Assembly (NCBI RefSeq): GCF_018977255.1
Contig: NW_024704743.1
Span: 70,930,001-70,994,000 of the forward strand
Length of the DNA: 64,000 bases
Origin: Callorhinchus milii
Taxonomy: Eukaryota
Reading direction: 5' to 3'
Part shown: positions 21,058-33,600 of the stretch, one piece after another
How the letters are laid out: each line of letters opens with the position of its first letter
How positions within the stretch are numbered: position 1 is the first letter of the stretch
Notes under the pieces: model-generated
The model's input: only the letters and a program-made list of their open reading frames with translations
The model's database searches: none
Told to the model about the DNA's origin: nothing
Program-made: the position numbers and the translations under genes

Positions 21058-24000
21058 GGAGCTCGGTGACGCCGCTCCCCCGTTACCTTTGCTGTGGATG
21101 CCCCCCCCTGCCCTCCCCCCCCGGTCAGGAGGAGATGTCGCTTTGTTGGAAGTCGGGCGGTGACATCAGAGAAAGGTTTTTTAAACAACATATTATCATT
21201 TTTATATTTATCCCAAACTTTTTTGTTGTGGAACCTAAACCGCGAGCAGCTGTCTCTCCCCCATCCAACTTCAACCAACTAGTGCTGTTCGTAAGTTAAT
21301 TTTGCGAATAGCACCAGCAACACTAGGAACTATGCTCACCCCACGGATCATCACCATACAGCCATGAATTAAACTTTGCTTCAGAATACAGTTAATCCAC
21401 TTGTTAGCCACCTAGATTTGTCAGTTACAAACTGTATTGTACTATCTGTGTTAATACTTTGTAGTTGGTTAATCATTGTAAATAATTGTTTCCTGAAAAT
21501 TTATTGGAGATTCTTCTGTTGGACACAGCAGCTGAAACGTTGCATATTTTATTCCCAATGCAAGCTTTCAATACTGGTATTTCTTATATTATAAAATTTA
21601 GACAATATTTCAAATGTTGCATTTGAAACTGCATTTAAGATTTGGACTGAGATGGGAAAGGAATTAAAAGATTTTTAATATCGCTAATAAATCAATGGCA
21701 GAGTAAGGAACCTATGTGGGAAATTTTGCAGAAGCTGATAAATGTACTACAATGGTATATAAATGAACTTGCTGATATCTCAACTTTTATTATTTAAAGT
21801 GTATCGAGAACATTTCAATGTTATGAACCTTTGTCTGCCCTTTTGTCAAAATAATACTCTTCAAATGCATCCAAATTTTACTTCAACCCCACCTGTAGAT
21901 TTAAATTAACAGTATTGCAGATTTTAGAGAATGTTGGCAATAGGTTTCAGATGAGTAGTTTAATATTCAGGGTTCATCAACAAAATTACTTGTAGTTCCT
22001 GTTGCTAAAGTCATTCAAAAGCTCATGTAAGTGTAACACAGGAACTTGGAGTGAAATAATTTGCATCCATTTACAGAATCTAATATGGTTCAAGTAGCAT
22101 AATGATTTTCAAATTACTAGTGAGAACAAAGAACTAGGTTTTGTCTGCTTTATTGACCTATTCCTTGTTATTCAGGGTTAAGGAATGCTGGTAGTCTTAC
22201 AGGAATGAGCATCATGAAGAGTTATTTTGCTTGATAGTTACGGTTTAAATTGATCTGTTTTGATCCTAAAATGTAGTTTAAAAAAAACTACCTACCTTCC
22301 ATACTCAATTTCTCATTGTTTAAAATAACGTATTTGTTTCTCTTCCAAACCCTATAATGCAAATGCCTATATTTCCCTTCCAAAACCATTCACAGCAGGA
22401 GGACCTCCCAAAGCTCTTCACATGATATAGTGGAAAGGTGGTGTGATTGTGTGTTTTGTGGGTGAAAGTGACAGCCAATTTGCATACAGCTCTCACAGAC
22501 GGTTAGCCCCCCACCCCCTCCATCTACTGCTTATCTCTATAAGGAGAGCTGGGAGGAGAAAATCATGAGTCCTGAGGAGGACCTCAGCCAGTCCTCCGAA
22601 CAGCCCCAATCCACAGCACCAGTTGGGGCTGTTGCCCTCCTCCTAACTCGTCAGCGACTCCCGCCCATTTCTGGTCCGACAGCTGCTCGTTCAGGCATCT
22701 TAGCCTCTAATTGGTCAATGGACCTGTCCGCCATGCCAATGACTTGCCTGTTTTAAAGGAGACCGAACCTTTAACTGAGTTTTACTCATAACGTCTTTTG
22801 ACATCTACCTGAACAGACAGACGGGGCCTCGGTTTAACACCTCAGCTGAAGGATGGCACCTCCAATAATGCAGCTCACCCCAGCACTGCAATGGAGTGTC
22901 AATTTAGACTATTTCAAGGCCCAACATGGAGCTTGACCCCCACAACTTTCTGACTGGGAAGCAGAAGTACTACCAACCTAGCCTGCCTGACACATAATTC
23001 CCACTTCCACATTGTCATTATCCTGTTGAATTGTTGGCAAGTTAGATATTTAAAAGAACATTTTTTTAAAAAAACTTAAACTTTGAATTTTCAAATCTAG
23101 TATAATTGAACAGTCTAGTAATGTATTTTACGAGAAATAATGTGCGATGATGATGAGGTGGGAATTGATAATTGCTCAAGCAGGACAGTCCCTATAATTT
23201 CACTTGGTAAAAATGACAAATTAATATTTTAATCATCAAAATGGAAAATTTAATCATTTAAATCATCCACCTAAGTTAGCTCAGTATTTTCTAGCAGGGA
23301 AAAGTAATTGATTTTTTAAAACAAACTTATGGATTATCACTAAAATTGTGTTCTATAATGTATTTTATGCGAAATGGAGATTCTTTTTCACCTCATGTAA
23401 AAACAATTAACTAGATATCTTTCTGTAGTTGGAACACAAAGCTCAAATGACAGACACTTTTGCACCAGGATTTGTGGCTGAGGTGGCATCATATTTTACA
23501 ATTTGGTACAGAATATTATATAGTTTGTTATTAACATTACAATCATGGGGACCTGTTAAAGCATTAACCTCTTTCATAGACTTGAATTTGAATTAGTGCC
23601 TTAACTAACCTTTTAGATCTTCTGGAGTCTTTGATGTGTTTTCGTTCTTGGTTAGGTATGACCTAAGACAGTTGAACATTTCTATTTCAGTCGAACTGGT
23701 AATACTGCTGGGCATCTCTTGATTCCAGAGAAGTGGTGGATAAGTCCTTCTTAATAATATTTAGTTATTATTTAATAATATTTAATAAGGCTTTAGATGT
23801 TTGTGGTACTTATTCTGTTGTAATTATATTAATCCTGATTAATATAGTTGATATAGTTGGCACCATTCAGAAACTTTCAAATCTCTTCACAGGATGTACT
23901 GTAAAATGTAATGACTATTTTGTAGTTGATCCAAAACTCCTCTGCCTGCATCCTCAGGCGCACCAGACTCAGTTCCTGACATTTTCTATTGGCTTGCTGT

Positions 24001-24749
24001 CTCTTAACAGATCAAGTTGGAGGCTCACCTTCTGCTATAAATCATTTCACACCCTTGAACCTCCCGCTTTCTACTTAACTGTTCTTCTCGCCCTCTCCAC
24101 TCCACTAACTTGGACCTGCTGTGCATCCACCGTACCCCAAGCATTGCCATCAGTGGCTGAGCTTTCATTCATTACGTCCCTAACTTCTTGAGTTCTCTGT
24201 CTTGCCCCCTCTGATTACCTTTAAATCCTGCCTAAAAACGTACTTCCTTGACTGCACACATTTTCCTTTTGCCCTTCTCCTTCCTTTTTCTTTCATCACT
24301 CGGAGTTCAGGCCCATTTTGATGTGCTGAGGCATTATCCTAAATGAGAGACAGTTTATAAATACAACTTGCTAACTTTATATATAATATTAATCCTACAC
24401 ACTTGTAACTATAATAACAAGTATAGTTACTTCAATGCAGGCCTTTGTAACTCTGTTTTTGAGTCTGTTCATTTATACTTGATATATCAAATGCAAGGAT
24501 TATTATTATTATACTTCAATGGGTTGTGACCTAATTGGCTATGCTTGTCATCTGCATAAGGTGGCTGCTTTCAGAATTTCAGAAGCCTAGTAGTAAATTG
24601 TCCAAATATTCTTTCTTCAGAAAAAAATGGAGTACTAAACATTGTGGAATACAACTTGAATTCAGTGCTATGCAACATTAAAACTTTCATTGAATCCCCT
24701 TGTTCTTTTTAAAATTTACGGAAGCTGCTTTTAAGAATTACTTGTAGAT

Positions 24750-25360
24750 TAACGACGACAATAACGCGCACTTATATAGCGCCCTCCACACGGGGTCGCA
24801 TCTCAGAGCGCTTAAAAGTGGTGGAGCCTGACTCCAAACCGAGGGTGGGGGTGAGGTGGCTGTAAGCATGGTCGAAGAGGAAGGTTTTCAGGCGGAGTTT
24901 GAAAAAGGGGAGAGAGGGAGCAAGGCAAAAGGATTGAGGGAAAGTGTTCCAGAGTTTCGGGGCGTAGTGACTGAAAGAGCGACGTCCAATGGTGGGGCGG
25001 AGGGTGCAAAGGACAAGCAAGAGGACATTGCCAGTCGATCGAGGTGGTGGGTTGGGGAGTGAGGAGGTCGGAGATGTAGGGAGGCCAGAAAGTGAAGGGA
25101 TTTGAACTCACGTGTGAGGATCTTGAAGTCGATGGTGATGGGAAGCCAGTGGAGCCCGGCCAGAACTGGTGAGATGTTGGTACGGAGTTCTGAATGAGCT
25201 GGATCTTTTGAAACGTGGAGCTAGGGAGACCGGCGAGGAGTGCGTTGGAGTAATCCAAGTGGAAGGTGACGAACGCATGCACGAGGCTTTCGGCTGCATT
25301 TGAGGTAAAATACGGTCGGAGGCGAGCAATGTGGCGGAGGTGGAAGAAGGCGAGTTCTCA
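24750..25360 (-). mobile_element. L2 LINE 3' fragment
   Basis: HAFVTFHLDYSNALLAGLP and [10 protein letters not shown] motifs. Confidence 0.85.
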
Positions 25361-25610
25361 TATCTGTACAATAAATCATAGGTTGTTTGATTTTGTGCGG
25401 TTGCACGCAGTAGTATCGTTGAATCATGCTCCTGCCATATTAGTTTAACTTTCTGATCTCTCCTTTATGATAATTGATAATCAAATGCCCTGTCTCTGTT
25501 GAAATACTACAATTGTTAATGCAGTAATATTCCTTGGTTTATGGTCTGGTCCAATAGAAAAGTGCGGTTTCACTTTTTCCGCGGAATACGCTATAAACCC
25601 ACTATAACCC

Positions 25611-25981
25611 GGGAGTCCTGTAGCTCAGTGGTGAGAGCACTTGCCTCGCAAGCGAGAGACCTGGGTTCGAATCTGTGCAGGGCAAAATGTTGGGTAAGTT
25701 TCCTTACTCCACACACCTGTTTACCGAGCAGTAAGTAAGAACCTGTTTGTCAGTCGATTGGTAGATCATTTTTCCGGGGGTAATAATTCCTTCAAAATAA
25801 ACAGAAATTGTTTGGTCTCTCAATCCATAATTGGTTGTGGACACTGCTGTGCTCAATTGGCTGCTTTGTTTCACCCATAAAATACACAGTCAATTCACTT
25901 TACAGTATATTCCGTGAAGCGCTTTGAGACGTCTCGAAGATGTGATGAGGCGCTATATCAAATGCAAGGATTATTATTATA
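25611..25981 (+). mobile_element. tRNA-headed SINE
   Basis: GTAGCTCAGTGGTGAGAGC...GGGTTCGAATC head, core and tail. Confidence 0.85.
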
Positions 25982-26099
25982 AATGTAGGTTCTTCGGGCC
26001 TCCCGGCTGTTTATCTGATGTCACTGTGGGCGGGACAGCTCTGGACGTGCATATGCAATGCAGTGCAAGCAGTAAATGGGCTTCACTCGGAGGCCCCGC

Positions 26100-26410
26100 T
26101 GTTGTGTGTTTGTGAGTGTGTGAATGTGTATGATTATCTGTGTATTTCTCTCTATAAGGATTTGTGAGTGTGTGTTTATGTGTGTGTGTGTGTGTGTGTG
26201 TCTACTTGCGAGTGTCTGTATGTCTGTATCTCCCTCTTCGTGTTTATGGATGTGCCTGTGTGTCTCCTTATGTGTTTGTGAGTGTCTCTATGTAAGTGTG
26301 CGTCTCACTGAGAATGTGTGCGCGCGTGTCTGTGCGCGTGTCTGTGCGCCCGCCTGCCTGTGACTGTGAGTTTGTGTGTGTCTGTCTGTGTCATTCTCTA
26401 GGCCTGTGTG
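26100..26410. repeat. Degenerate (GT)n microsatellite
   Basis: Interrupted TG-rich tract. Confidence 0.8.
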
Positions 26411-27464
26411 CGTTGCTGGGCCCTGAGAGCTCCCGTAGCTTTGCTGATGTCCACCCTCTCCCCCAAAAAGCCACCCATTTTTTTTAAAAAAGAAGCAATT
26501 AATATTTTTTTCCAACAATCTAATATGTGATATTTCCTCATATTTAGTTTCTATCAATAAAGTGAAAACTGTCATCAGTGAAATGTACCTCATTAGCACC
26601 AATCAACGCCCCACCATTTTCTGCAGACCCCTACCCTCAATTTCCCACAAAATGTATAAATCTCCCTGCACTTTGGGGCAAATATTTCTATACTTTTCTA
26701 TTGGCCCAGGTTATGGTTGATGGAATGCTGCTTGTTTGAAAGATAAAATAAATACGTGAGATTGAGAATAGAGATTCTGAATGTAGGACATTTAGAATGA
26801 GGATTCAACCTGAAGGACAACAGGACACGATTGCTGTCGATTGTAATTAATCAGGGCAGTGTTCTTTTTTCTGTTCCATGTTAAATAAAACTGAAATTTC
26901 TGTGAAGCAGAAAGCTATGCTCATAATTTCCCACTGGTCTGCCATATTCTAGCTAAGGAATACTTGTTTTTGTGTTCTCTTCCTGCTTTCAGCTGAACCC
27001 TTTTCCTCTAAAATGTATTTACCTATTAATGAAAATTGGGTGCTAGCCTTCAAATCAAAACATTCACCTTTTGAAAAGATGAAGTAATCTTACCAATTCT
27101 GGTAAACGTTCCCTGGTTTTATTAGGGTTAAAATGATGCATGTCTTATAGTTTTTGCATGGCCACCTGCAGCTTGATTCTTGTAATCCTCAATTCTTTAT
27201 TTTATAAACATCGGTTTCTAAATAATAAATGGTGATTTTGACCCAAGACGGTAGAGCACGCTTTATAAGTATTTGAATAGTGAATCGTCATGATTTTTGC
27301 TACAGTATTTGACACAATGCCTGTTTGTTGCATGGGAAATAATGTTGAATGACCAAGGGATGGCAGATAGCATAAATGAATTCTTCATAAAAGTGATTTG
27401 ATTCCAACCCCCGGCTTGGGTATAAACCCTTGCTAAATGTGTTCGATAATTGAAGAACAACACC

Positions 27465-29680
27465 TTGGATTTATATAGTGCCCTCCACGCCGGACGGCAT
27501 CTCAGAACACTTTACAGTAACGGATCCCGGGACTGAGCTGGTGGGGGGGGGGGGAGGAAGGTGTCCAAAGGCGCGGTCAAAAATAAAGGTCTTCACCAGA
27601 GACCTGAAAATGGGAAGGGAGGGAGCGAGACGAAGGGAGTGAGGAAGGCAGTTCCAGAGCCTCGGGGCATAGTGGCTGAAGGCACGGCCGCCGAGGGTGG
27701 AGCGGAGGACTCGGGGGATGAGGAGGAGACCAGACCCGGAGGGACAAAGGCAATGGGTACTGTTTTGAGGAGAGAGGTCAGAGAGGTAGGAGGGTGCAGA
27801 GGAGTGCAGGGACTTGAATACAACGGTGAGGATCTTGAAGTCAATCCTCTCTGGGATAGGCAGCCAGTGCAGTCTGGCAAGGACTGGGGTGATCGGGGAG
27901 CGGAGTTTCGTGCGGGTGAGAATGCGGGCGGCAGAGTTATGGATTTTGTGGATGGCAGTGGATGGGAGACCGGCGAGGAGGGCGTTAAGAGTAGTGCAGC
28001 TGAGAGGTGACAAAGGCATGGACCAGGGTTTCAGCGGCTTTTGGGGAGAGGTATTGGCGGAGACGGGCGATGCGTCGGATGTGGAAAAAGGTGGTGCTGG
28101 TAAGGTACCGGATGTGGGGGAGGAAAGATAATTGAGGGTCAAACCTGACACCTAGGTTGCGAATGGGTTTGGAGAGTTTTAGGGGGAGGGCGGGTAGGTG
28201 GAGGAGGTGAGAGCTGTGAGAATTTAGACGTTGACGAGAGTATGGTTTCCGTCTTGTCAACGTTCAGCTGAAGGAAATTTGCGCCCATCCAGCCCCTGAG
28301 ATCTGACAGGCAGCCTGACAGAACATCAGGGGACTGGGGGTCGCAAAGAGAGGTGGAAAAATAGAGTTGAATGTCATCTGCATATATGTGGAAGAGTACC
28401 CCATGTCTGCGGATGACATCCCCAGGAGGGAGCATATAGATCAGAAAGAGGAGAGGGCCAAGGATGGATCCTTGGGGTACCCCACAGGTAACCGGGTGAG
28501 AGCGGGAGGAGAAGCCTTTTGTGGAGATGTACTGCTGGTAGTTTGTGAGGTAGGACACGAACCAGGCGAGTGCGGTCCCACTGAGCTGGATGACGGAGGA
28601 AAGGTGGTGGAGGAGGATGGTGTGATCGACTGTCGAACGCAGCGGAGAGGTCCAGGACAAGGAGGCAGAGGGAGCCCTGGTCACAGATAGAGAGGATGTA
28701 GTTTGTGACTTTCACAAGTGCAGTCTCTGTACGGTGGGCGCCGTCTCTGTACGGTGGGCGCCGTCTCTGTACGGTGGGCGCCGTCTCTGTACGGTGGGCG
28801 CCGTCTCTGTACGGTGGGCGCCGTCTCTGTACGGTGGGCGCCGTCTCTGTACGGTGGGCGCCGTCTCTGTACGGTGGGCGCCGTCTCTGTACGGTGGGCG
28901 CCGTCTCTGTACGGTGGGCGCCGTCTCTGTACGGTGGGCGCCGTCTCTGTACGGTGGGCGCCGTCTCTGTACGGTGGGCGCCGTCTCTGTACGGTGGGCG
29001 CCGTCTCTGTACGGTGGGCGCCGTCTCTGTACGGTGGGCGCCGTCTCTGTACGGTGGGCGCCGTCTCTGTACGGTGGGCGCCGTCTCTGTACGGTGGGCG
29101 CCGTCTCTGTACGGTGGGCGCCGTCTCTGTACGGTGGGCGCCGTCTCTGTACGGTGGGCGCCGTCTCTGTACGGTGGGCGCCGTCTCTGTACGGTGGGCG
29201 CCGTCTCTGTACGGTGGGCGCCGTCTCTGTACGGTGGGCGCCGTCTCTGTACGGTGGGCGCCGTCTCTGTACGGTGGGCGCCGTCTCTGTACGGTGGGCG
29301 CCGTCTCTGTACGGTGGGCGCCGTCTCTGTACGGTGGGCGCCGTCTCTGTACGGTGGGGAGGGCGGAAACTGGACTGGAGGGGTTTGAAGTGGGAGGAGA
29401 GGTGTGCGCGGAGTTGGTTGGTAACGACGCGTTCTAGGACTTTTGAGAGGAAGGGCAGGTTAGAAATAGGGCGGTAGTGGCTGGGGTTTGAGGGATCCAG
29501 GGAGGGTTTTTTCAGGAGGGGGGGTGATGACAGCAGTTTTGAGGGAGGCAGGGACTGATCCGGAGGAGAGTGACTTGTTGATGACATCAGTCAGTAGTGG
29601 GCAGAGGAGGGGGAGCTGAGTGACCAGTAAGTTGGTGGGGGGGAGCAGCAGGTGGTGGGTTTCATGGCGGTGATAGTGGG
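27465..29680 (-). mobile_element. L2-clade LINE, 5'-truncated and frameshifted RT with 3' end
   Basis: Fragments [69 protein letters not shown]. Confidence 0.92.
28721..29358. repeat. Near-perfect 20-bp minisatellite CCGTCTCTGTACGGTGGGCG, ~32 units, inside an L2 RT region
   Basis: 30 identical units at 28741-29340 plus a variant unit at each end. Confidence 0.98.
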
Positions 29681-30457
29681 TGAGAGGGAGGAAAACAGAT
29701 TGTAACTCAGAGAAGGTGGATTGGCAGTTCAGGCTTAATTAAATCACAGGCAATAGGAACCAAAGTGAAGGTCATGGATAACTTCTATGGGGGTGGGAAG
29801 TAAAATTTGATCTTTGATTATTTTACCCTAAAGGATGTAGGAGGCAACTATGGTGGTGATGGATATTCCATAGAAATGGCACAAAAGGCAAAATAATGTA
29901 TGCTGAGCGGGGGGAGGGAGAACGAGAACACAGAACTGCATTGTGACTCGATGAATCTACTAACAATCTTAGGTAGCGAAATATTTGTTCCTTGTGTGTA
30001 GAAGTTGAAACATAAAACACAAGTTCCATACTACAATAATTTTTTTATGGATATTTTTGTATTAATAATAAAGTGGAATTAATACTGGTCTTGCATTTTT
30101 ATGTAAATTTAAACCTGATTTTAAAAGGTTCAATTTAGAAGATTTTGAAGGGGAGATTTCTCACCCATTGGAAGAGTAAATTCAAGGGAGAATCTGAATT
30201 GTTCCTTGGGAGACTAAATAAATTGGGCGGATCCAAGGTAGCATGGGTTCATTTGTGTATTCTGTGAGGATTTAATTTTAAGTTATATTTTCCTTCAGGA
30301 GTTGAACTTGTAAGTAGGAAAATAATCTGTGCATACCTAAAAATGTCTATTTGGGTATATATGACATCTTTTCACTAACGTTTCTTTTTTTTTCCCCCAG
30401 CGTAAAACTGACCAGGATACCAGGAACAGAAACTAATTGGAACAAGTAATTCTGGAC

Positions 30458-30623
30458 ATGGCAAGTCGTGGAGGAGCAGGAAGACCCAATGGACCAGCTG
30501 CCGCTAACAAAATCTGCCAATTTAAGCTTGTTCTTCTTGGCGAGTCTGCAGTTGGCAAATCTAGTTTAGTGCTACGTTTTGTGAAAGGGCAATTCCATGA
30601 ATATCAAGAAAGTACTATTGGTG
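30458..30623 (+). CDS. RAB5A: RAB5A coding exon 1 ([12 protein letters not shown]...ESTIG)
   Basis: Exon starts at 30401 after CTAAC branch point and polypyrimidine-CAG; GACATGG start; GTAAGA donor. Confidence 0.95.
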
Positions 30624-33600
30624 GTAAGATGTACTTTAGTTAAAAAAAAATCTCCAATCTTAAGAACTGAAGTTTTATTCAAAAAGGTTTCGGCAGTAAG
30701 AATGCAAGGATTATTTATTTATATATAATGTGTATCTGAGCAGGGGTAGGACAATACTGAGTTAATAATAATAATCCTTGCATTTAATATATCGCTTTTC
30801 ACGTCTTCTAAATGACTCAAAGTGCTTCACAGAATATACTGTAAAGTGAATTGACTATATTTTGTGGGCAAAACGCGGCAGCCAATTGAGCAGCGCGGTG
30901 TCGCACAAACAGTCGTGGATTTAGTGCCCAAATTATTTTATTTTTTTGCGAGAGATTATCAGGCGTGTGGAGTAAGGAAATTTGTCCAAGGTTTCACCCT
31001 GCCGGGAATCAAACCCAGGTGTCTCACTTGTGAGGCGAGTGCTCTAACCACTGAGCTATAGGACTCCACGAGTTGTGCTACATCAGGAGTTGTAGAGAGT
31101 TCCTTGTACCTTGTACTGTAGCTCAGTGGTTAGAGAATTTACCTCACAACCAAGAGGACCTGAGTTTGATTCCCGACAGGGTAAACGTTGGGCAAGTTTC
31201 CTTACTCCACACTCCTCTGTTCACCTTGCAGTATATAGGAGCCCGGTTATTAATCGATTGGCGGATCACTTTTCTGGTGGTAATATTCCCTTCAAATTAA
31301 AAAAAAAAAAGAATTTGGTCGCTTGATCCACGACTGTTTGTGGGACACTGCTGTGTGTAATTGGCTGCCATCTTTCACCCACAGAATATACAGTCAATTC
31401 ACTTTACAGTATCCAATGCTTCTGTTAACCTGCAAGCCAAAGCCATAAGTACCTTGACAAGCAGCAGGAAGTTTGTCTGACAGGCAAATGGCAGGCAAAG
31501 TGGTTTTCGCTGACTGAATTCCGACAATACACCAACACACTCTGGGGGACCCTAAGCCTTGGGTCTCGGCAACCTGTTCCGATTTATTTTGGTCAGTTGG
31601 GTGTCTTGACACATGCAGAAACCCATCACCATGCTGAGATTCCCAGGCATCTCACCTGCACATGGAAGTCCCAGAGATAGATTGTTGGAATGGTATGCGG
31701 ACTCTTCTTGGAGGGACACATCCTGCTTACCTATTTGTGGAAAATGTTAGGCACAGGTTAGCAAGAGCCAAGGCTTGGGGACCCGAGAGTGTGCATTGAG
31801 ATACTGCAGGAATCTAACCAGCTAAAACCACGTAGCTTACCATTGATCTTGCTGTCTGGCAAGCTTTCCTGCTGCTTGTCCAGCTAGGACCACCCTACCA
31901 GTTAGAGCGTTGGCTTGCAGGGTTAACCAGAGCTGAGCTGGGATGACTCCATGTCCCTAGTGACTGGTTTGCCATTCTAGGTCCTGCTGATGAGGCTGGC
32001 TGTGCTGTCATCAGCAGTGCCCTGGAATACTGCAGATTTGCCTGGTTCAGAAACCAAACTACCGAGACCGCCACAGGGCATGTCACCTTGGGGCAAGTTC
32101 CCAATGCTTCCTGCAGTTTGTTAAACAGGGTGAATCCCTCTAGGGGAAGAGTGTGCATTCCATGCGTATGTGTAACTCTGTTGGGTTTGGACTCAGCATT
32201 GGGTCCCAACCCCTTGAGACTATCAAGAATCTGTACCTAAAGCTCATGCAATGTGTGTTGGATGGCTTATTGTTGAGAGCTTCCAAGAAATGGCATCTCC
32301 TGTTCAAACTAATTTTCAATTCTTTGATCTATCCTTATTTCCCATCCCTTGAAGTTTTAGCCAGTTTTCACTCAATTCTTTAATTTGTTGTGCCTGCTTT
32401 ATATTCTTCTACTCTACCCAACCCTCTACTCCAACAACTTGCATTATTTTGCAAGCCCAACTGTGGTCATATTTTGTGGTTTCATTTTTGCAGCTTAACT
32501 TTATTGTTTTCTGCACTGAAGTGTGAATGCACCTTCAATAAGCAATGTAAACCCAAGCCCAGTTCCTTTTGACCAGTTTAATGCAAGTCAATCTCTGCAT
32601 TAACCACACCAGAAAACCTCATATAAGTGTAATACCCCATTAGCCAAGCCTGTTTACCTTATCCAACCGAAGCACTTCATCGCTATCCTAGATCAAGAGT
32701 GCTATATAAATGCAAATATTTATATTGTTGCCAACTATTTTTACCAGTACAAAATAAAGGAAGCATGTTGGCCTCTTTGAGACCACAGTCTTTCATTTAA
32801 ACTACTAGGTATGGAAACAAGTAATCCTAGTATTAGTAAAGTTAATTACCTGCTGACCGCATTGCATGATAATTGGCACAGTTTTTCTACTTGTCAGCCT
32901 AGCTCAGTTGGTAGCACTCTAGCCTCATGAGTCAGAAAGAAAGTTGTAGATTCAAGTCCCATGTTGAGACTTTGACCTCACAGTCCAGGCTCCAATATGT
33001 AGTTTTGAGAGTTGCATTGTGAGACTTGCTGTCCTTCAGATGAGATATTAAACTGAGGTCTCGTCTGCCTCTTAAAAGATTCCATTCAAAAAGAAGAGGT
33101 GGTCCTCCTAATATGCTAGTTGGAACATTACTCTGTACAAACTGCAATATTGCTAACTGTCAAATGATTTGATGCAAGTGTGCTCCAGGCTAGTTAAATC
33201 CTCTTGGACCTAATTAATAGATGTAATGCATACAGTAGGATGTTTGATACAGTATGCCATTATGTTGCTGAGTATTGTATGAAAACATTTGACACTTGTC
33301 AGTATACTGCATGTGAAGCATTCATACTTTGCATTCGCAATTGACATTTTTGTTTTTATTTGAAGATTGGAATAACTAATGCTTTGGGGGGTTTTAATAT
33401 TCTAGCTGCCTTCTTAACTCAGACTGTATGCCTCGATGACACAACGGTGAAATTTGAGATCTGGGACACGGCGGGACAAGAAAGGTATCACAGCTTGGCC
33501 CCAATGTACTATCGAGGAGCGCAGGCTGCCATAGTGGTCTACGATATTACAAATGATGTAAGTGGAATTAATTACAAATGTACTCTTCATATTGCAGGCT

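Noticed and set aside
20010..21278. 422-aa Gly/Pro-rich ORF and overlapping ORFs
   Set aside because: Translation of the minisatellite; no splice or domain evidence
25611..25690. tRNA-like sequence with A and B boxes (also near 13920-13987, 31113 and 60390)
   Set aside because: These are SINE heads followed by SINE body and tail, with no complete cloverleaf
28705..29587. Long repetitive ORFs; superficially CRISPR-like array
   Set aside because: Head-to-tail 20-bp repeat with no spacers, lying inside an L2 element in a vertebrate genome
27465..29680. Active autonomous LINE
   Set aside because: 5'-truncated, frameshifted and interrupted by a minisatellite
30437..30457. N-terminal extension of Rab5 from TTG at 30437
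   Set aside because: Non-ATG start from the ORF caller with an in-frame TAA at 30434; ATG 30458 matches the family start
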